From Candidatus Thalassarchaeum sp. (GTDB lineage Archaea; Thermoplasmatota; Poseidoniia; Poseidoniales; Thalassarchaeaceae), in the NCBI GenBank assembly GCA_030748335.1, contig JASMMD010000005.1, positions 1 to 54,175 on the forward strand: a DNA stretch of 54,175 nucleotides. The letters are read 5' to 3'. Each line of letters opens with the position of its first letter. Position 1 is the first letter of the stretch. Both the position numbers and the translations under genes were made by a program. Shown in pieces: positions 50,701-54,175 of the stretch. The notes beneath the pieces were generated by a model. That model was not told the DNA's origin. It worked only from the letters and a program-made list of their open reading frames with translations, and did no database searches.

Positions 50701-52511
50701 TCCTCAGGGTTCTCCATAACAACCCAGTCGCCCGAGCCGGGTGGAGGAGGTTCGGTGCTGTTGTTGCCGGGATCCGGGTCGACCCCACCTCCTAGCATCG
50801 CCTCGAGAATCAGGTTACCGTCGATGATACCGAATCCGTACTGCTCGTTCCACTTGTCCGTGATGTCGGGCTCCGAGGCCTGCCCTCGCCTCTCTGAGTT
50901 GTTCTGCAACAGGTCCTTTATCTCCTGAGGCTCCAAACTGTCATCTATCTGTAGCATCACTGCGACGAAGCCCGCGACAGCGGGGCAGGACATACTGGTT
51001 CCAGACATCTGGGTGTAACTGTCCTCGGCTAGGGGCTTGGGGGCACCCGGGATGCTACTGCTTGATGCAGCGTTCTGAGCTGACATGATGTTGGACCCCG
51101 GGGCCACTACCGTGGGTTTGAGCTCGTCCCATTTGTTATCGTCCCCATCATCCTCTCTAGGACCGGAGTTAGAGTAGGATGCAATCATATCATCGCCCCT
51201 CTCGATGGTGTTCTCGTCGTCTATGGCCCCGACGGTGATGGCACTGTCCGAGGACCCGACCGATGTAACCCTCCTCCTACCGTCGTTGCCTATGGCCGCG
51301 ACGGGAACTATGCCCGCCTCGGCTGCCTCGTCGACCGCCCTCGCCTCTGCACTGGTACCGTTGTCACCGGGGTCATCCCCCTGTGGGTCCGAGCCAGACC
51401 CGAATGACATGGACATCACGTCTATGCCCTCGCTCGACTCATTGTTGCCCCAGTCGTGATCGACGTTGTCCACCACCCACTGAATGCCCCTGAGCGTAGC
51501 AGCCGAGTTCGTCGCACCGGCATCTGTCATGACCTTGACGTCGACGAGGTAGGCACCCGGAGCGTAGCCCTGGTTAATGCGGCGCTCGTCGCCGGTTCCG
51601 AGGGCTATTCCAGAGACATGGGTTCCGTGCCCGTCACCGTCATCCGGGTCATGGCTGCCATCGTCGCAGTCCTGAGAGCTCCACGAAGTAGCATCGCAAC
51701 CGCCGACCCACTTTGGGTCAGCGAGCTCGTCGGGTTCCTTCTCGTTGTCGTTGTTCTCATCCGAGAAGTCGTCGAGGGAGAAGTGTTCGTTGTCGACACC
51801 GGTGTCGAGGATGGCGATCACAACCCCAGAGCCATCATAGCCGAAGTCTCGCATGGTCTCGTCAAAGATATCCGAGTCCCTGACCTTGGAACCCCGTGTG
51901 GCCTTGTCGAGGAGCGGCACTATCACGGTCTGCTCTTCAATCATCACGACCCCGTCCAGCGACCAGATGTCAATCAGTGAGCTGACTGGCACGTGGTCGA
52001 TGACTATCGAATCGAGAATCCTGAGTGGGTCGAACCACGACCCCTCTTCCTGCCAACCGTGCTCGTGGAGTACCGTTCTGATGGCATCTATGTCACTGGC
52101 TCCGGGATGCCACGAGTAGTCGACGACGATGGCAACGGTAGGCAGACCGTCGGCCCCGGTGATGGAGGTCGTGGAGACGGAGGTCCTCTGTCCGGCGATT
52201 ATCCTCTGTAGCCTGTCGTCCATCCCGTCCGAGTCCAAGTCGTACCAGTACCCTAACCACCAACCAGGCTCCTCGACGGCCTGTCCTGAATCCGCTGGAC
52301 GAGTGCCTGGCAGGAGACTCTTCTTGGGGCATTCGACATCTCCGCACATCAACGGAGGTGGCATGTTTGGCAACGGAGCAACGAGTTCCTCTCCACTATC
52401 TTCCACATCCTCTGGAACCTGCACCAAAGCGTTGGCAGCGAGCGAGAAGTCGGTCACGAGGAGCAGTGCTGCGACAATGAGGGGAAGTCTCAGATGCCCG
52501 CTGCTGCTCAT
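47739..52511 (-). CDS. Membrane-anchored S8 (subtilisin-like) protease with Ig/CARDB-like domains and a cytoplasmic Zn-ribbon tail
   Basis: Signal peptide; ILDTG, HGTHVSG, AIGN, SGTSMSCP; CARDB-like N.G...A and E..E.DN repeats; TM followed by RKRR; CPGC...CPVC. Confidence 0.92.
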   Translation of the reverse strand: MSSSGHLRLPLIVAALLLVTDFSLAANALVQVPEDVEDSGEELVAPLPNMPPPLMCGDVECPKKSLLPGTRPADSGQAVEEPGWWLGYWYDLDSDGMDDRLQRIIAGQRTSVSTTSITGADGLPTVAIVVDYSWHPGASDIDAIRTVLHEHGWQEEGSWFDPLRILDSIVIDHVPVSSLIDIWSLDGVVMIEEQTVIVPLLDKATRGSKVRDSDIFDETMRDFGYDGSGVVIAILDTGVDNEHFSLDDFSDENNDNEKEPDELADPKWVGGCDATSWSSQDCDDGSHDPDDGDGHGTHVSGIALGTGDERRINQGYAPGAYLVDVKVMTDAGATNSAATLRGIQWVVDNVDHDWGNNESSEGIDVMSMSFGSGSDPQGDDPGDNGTSAEARAVDEAAEAGIVPVAAIGNDGRRRVTSVGSSDSAITVGAIDDENTIERGDDMIASYSNSGPREDDGDDNKWDELKPTVVAPGSNIMSAQNAASSSSIPGAPKPLAEDSYTQMSGTSMSCPAVAGFVAVMLQIDDSLEPQEIKDLLQNNSERRGQASEPDITDKWNEQYGFGIIDGNLILEAMLGGGVDPDPGNNSTEPPPPGSGDWVVMENPEEGSWLVEGETYSARGHIDEDAETNGTINEVAVRISYTHRPEGEPKREVVLLDWHAAQGTSNWTTPFTLPEFTEDEINIIEVIIEAQARNEFEQWSEVVEQKHEVGLVAVTMGGPSGQNPVSGNVNVYGTWESVNGGAMQWRLGTDPWEVAQTFGGSGSGEGDWSVTWDTEEVDDGFYRLSARMVSGDGIYSEEIRRTVEVDNYPPAANLMFRTGLSVEEYGIPLTETYVNTFLEIRTEIRNDGDLGASNLAIALYEDGSRKDEMVLPSIDSGDIVEVVLYWNPTTVGEKTVTVSLDPSNSIEELNEDDNEQSITFPVITRPQGIDLAFRDGAVRTEPVIPRPNEQFLITARVDNLGSSDATSVEGTLEIRNELGWELVSSTAISLVMGQGASQLSFAHRANQSGPLEVRITLSGSGLADLDWSNNQVESTVLVDESTLSGGRALNFDAGELPIRVIDLDGEGIVITEKGGVLSLYRLNSNKGTTPCTNVLDEMWAGDIATWSTEDGWAHIVWTRRFLDSSGYFLQTLSYSAIDATCQMSPIQDLMDPISLSDGKYWGIDIDVDGEEVLISGYHRDMFTGGTFGDETSVFLLHADNPTKSSDWTLTPNVIGEIDLIPGTASSLDVEFGEEEGAHLLYQSTRSDSTGIERHGLWYAHGLIEQSSWTYKKAVGDEASLAVMKVHVIDGDERITAAWREGDGHESVMVAMVADSSFEPIDNLTRTYPSRGLSSIMMKEVERGVQVFFDVVGPTGPQVRYGIIDADAGWLGLSNRLNLGNLHLIDRSPASSETLLVHTSASGWLIRSIVDDHGPSNGGGMLDQLRHALGLDEQNFNILLGGIAVIVLLLCTVILATMSARGIRWMRKRRSFEASGNVLLEEDVVDVVDEDDIAVSTSEDEGSNLVELVELDGGGELRRGRRRRRSQAAPVPEMPPMPVHLPEPSTDAPETTPDSDEPQLNKPVVCPGCDCRFETLVDVNAAKCPVCGENIAL

Positions 52512-52529
52512 GGCTCTCTAGGAGAGCCA
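52511..52529. promoter_or_regulatory. 8-bp inverted repeat overlapping the S8 protease start codon
   Basis: TGGCTCTC-TAG-GAGAGCCA; an ATTAAA TATA-like element on the minus strand at about 52543-52548. Confidence 0.45.
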
Positions 52530-52581
52530 AACTCGGATGGGGTTTAATCCCAACCTGTCACGGTTAGTCCTCGAAACCGGT

Positions 52582-53616
52582 TCATGGCCACTTCACGTGA
52601 CTACCGGAGACCACGCAACACATTCGGCAGTTCTCCCCTCTCATCTCGGTTTTCATCTCGCCGTCGCAGACCGGACAGATGGTGTGCTCGGACAGTTCCT
52701 CCAGCCAAGCCCTCCTTGTTTCGAGCTCGTCGCCCTCCTCGCGAAGCCTCAGGAGAATCCTCGCAGCCTCGCCCTCAAGCGGCTTGTCGGCTGCGAACCA
52801 TGGGTCGTCATCGAGGCTGCCCATGCTCTGCTTGGCCTTCGACAACAGAGCCTGGGTTCGCTGCGATTGGGTAGCAGCCCCATCGATGGCGTCTAGCGAG
52901 CTCGGCGCACCTCGAGCAATCGGTCTGGCGAGGACATAGGCTAGGAAGAATCCGCCAACGTGGGCCATGTGAGCCACATCCGACTCGCCGGCGGTGTCCG
53001 ATTGCAAGGAGTACATCTGCCAGACCTCGAGGCCCAACCTCACAAACACGATCAGCCAAACCGGCCAAGCGCGGATGAAGAACAGCAGTGGAAACTCGAC
53101 CTTGTCCTCTGGCCAACATGCCATGTAGGCTCCCAGCAGACCGAAAGCAGCCCCGCTGGCGCCTATCGCCGGGTTCAACGAATCAGGATGGGAGAGAACC
53201 CAAGCCAGATTCCCACCGATGAACCCGAGGAAGTACACCGCTAGCCATCTATGCCCTCCCAGCCTCTGTTCCAGAGGAATTCCCACCAGCGCTATCACCA
53301 GTATGTTGCTCAGCACGTGAATCCAGTCAGCGTGCAGCCACGCAGCAGACAGCATCCTGTAGGATTCGACAGGATCTCCCATGACCCCGGGCTTGATGCC
53401 GAACAGGTCGATTATCCACGAGAACTGCATCGGCACGCCTTGGAGTATGGAGTACGCGAACTGAACGAACGCCACTAGCATCAGGGAGAGGACAGTGGCC
53501 AGAGCCAGGCTGGTCTCATCGCGGTATGCCGAGACGTACGGGCCCACGGCTAACGCAAACACGACCCCCAGTACCAGCAGGTCAGTGCCGGCCAAGTCAG
53601 CCCATTCGACGCCCAT
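52582..53616 (-). CDS. Rhomboid intramembrane serine protease with a C-terminal Cys/His-rich tail
   Basis: LHADWIHVLSN, GASGA, AHMAHVGG; tail CPVC...C...H; GGTGA before ATG 53616. Confidence 0.93.
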   Translation of the reverse strand: MGVEWADLAGTDLLVLGVVFALAVGPYVSAYRDETSLALATVLSLMLVAFVQFAYSILQGVPMQFSWIIDLFGIKPGVMGDPVESYRMLSAAWLHADWIHVLSNILVIALVGIPLEQRLGGHRWLAVYFLGFIGGNLAWVLSHPDSLNPAIGASGAAFGLLGAYMACWPEDKVEFPLLFFIRAWPVWLIVFVRLGLEVWQMYSLQSDTAGESDVAHMAHVGGFFLAYVLARPIARGAPSSLDAIDGAATQSQRTQALLSKAKQSMGSLDDDPWFAADKPLEGEAARILLRLREEGDELETRRAWLEELSEHTICPVCDGEMKTEMRGENCRMCCVVSGSHVKWP

Positions 53617-53683
53617 GTCACCCAACTAGGCCGCTAGGCATCAGCGCATAGGCGCTTCGTTGGCCGACGGAATTACTCAAACG

Positions 53684-54175
53684 ATGGCGCGCCCTCGGAA
53701 TCCCGTGGAGCAAGGCACCTTGATGCATGTCGCGGGCGTGGAAGTGCGACGAGGTCCTCGAACTGTGCTGAGAGATGTCGATTTCCAACTTCGAGAGGGC
53801 GAGGTCGTGGCTCTCGAGGGCCCGAATGGCTCGGGCAAGACCACTCTGCTGGAGAGCTGTGCGGGAATTCTGCCTCTGACATCTGGGAGCGTGACTTGGC
53901 GCGATGGCCAGGCAGAGGTAGTAGTGCGCGATTCGGAGGGACGCAGGAACGAACCACCTCCCATGGGCCTGACTTTGCAAAGCGATGGGATGTGCGGAGA
54001 GGAGACCGTCGAGGAGAGACTACTTCTCTCCCTAGCCGTCTCAGGCCGGGGCCAGAATGCCGGGGCCATATCGCAGATGCTGTCGGAATGGGGCCTCGAG
54101 CACCGGCGGGCCGATCGGATCTCCCATCTTTCGGGAGGCCAGCGGCGCCGTCTGGCGGTTCTGTGTGGGCTGGCT
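53684..54175 (+). CDS. ABC transporter ATP-binding protein, 3'-truncated by the window
   Basis: Translated by hand: ...VLRDVDFQLREGEVVALEGPNGSGKTTLL...LSGGQRRRLAV. Not in the ORF track because there is no stop in the window. Confidence 0.92.
   Translation, partial: MARPRNPVEQGTLMHVAGVEVRRGPRTVLRDVDFQLREGEVVALEGPNGSGKTTLLESCAGILPLTSGSVTWRDGQAEVVVRDSEGRRNEPPPMGLTLQSDGMCGEETVEERLLLSLAVSGRGQNAGAISQMLSEWGLEHRRADRISHLSGGQRRRLAVLCGLA

Noticed and set aside
53643-53656. AGCGC-ATAG-GCGCT, resembling the hairpin at 20964
   Set aside because: Only a 5-bp stem with a different loop; compatible with chance.

Overview
A GC-rich (about 60% by eye) archaeal core-chromosome segment. The gene content best fits Thermoplasmatota, most likely Marine Group II / Ca. 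Poseidoniales (inference): A-type ATP synthase, aIF2-gamma, eS6, uL16/L10e, Cdc6 and Dph2, together with bacterial-type gyrase, class II HMG-CoA reductase and large membrane-anchored secreted peptidases. Gene order: atp(K)ECFABD; a degenerate site-2-protease-like protein; panE; smc-scpA-scpB; hmgA; an AAA-IDR-wHTH orphan; DUF357; PIN; aIF2-gamma; rps6e; cdc6; dph2; hpt; rpl10e; EamA; aroA; DUF4105; tRNA-Ser(GCT); gyrBA; aroD; two surface proteins; glutaminyl cyclase; an extended tmk; DUF2085; a membrane Smr protein; sufCBD with nfu; maf; an S8 protease; a rhomboid; a partial ABC ATPase. I see no CRISPR array, IS element, integrase, intein or rRNA. The best candidate for an undescribed system is at about 16.5-18.5 kb. 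There, an AT-rich intergenic patch with a helically phased CGTTAA repeat array lies directly upstream of an uncharacterised protein made of a degenerate AAA ATPase, an acidic disordered linker and a winged helix. The pair sits between smc-scpAB and an ORB-less cdc6, and a CGGCGATTTT motif recurs upstream of both smc and gyrB. All annotation is from motif recognition by eye; no searches were run.
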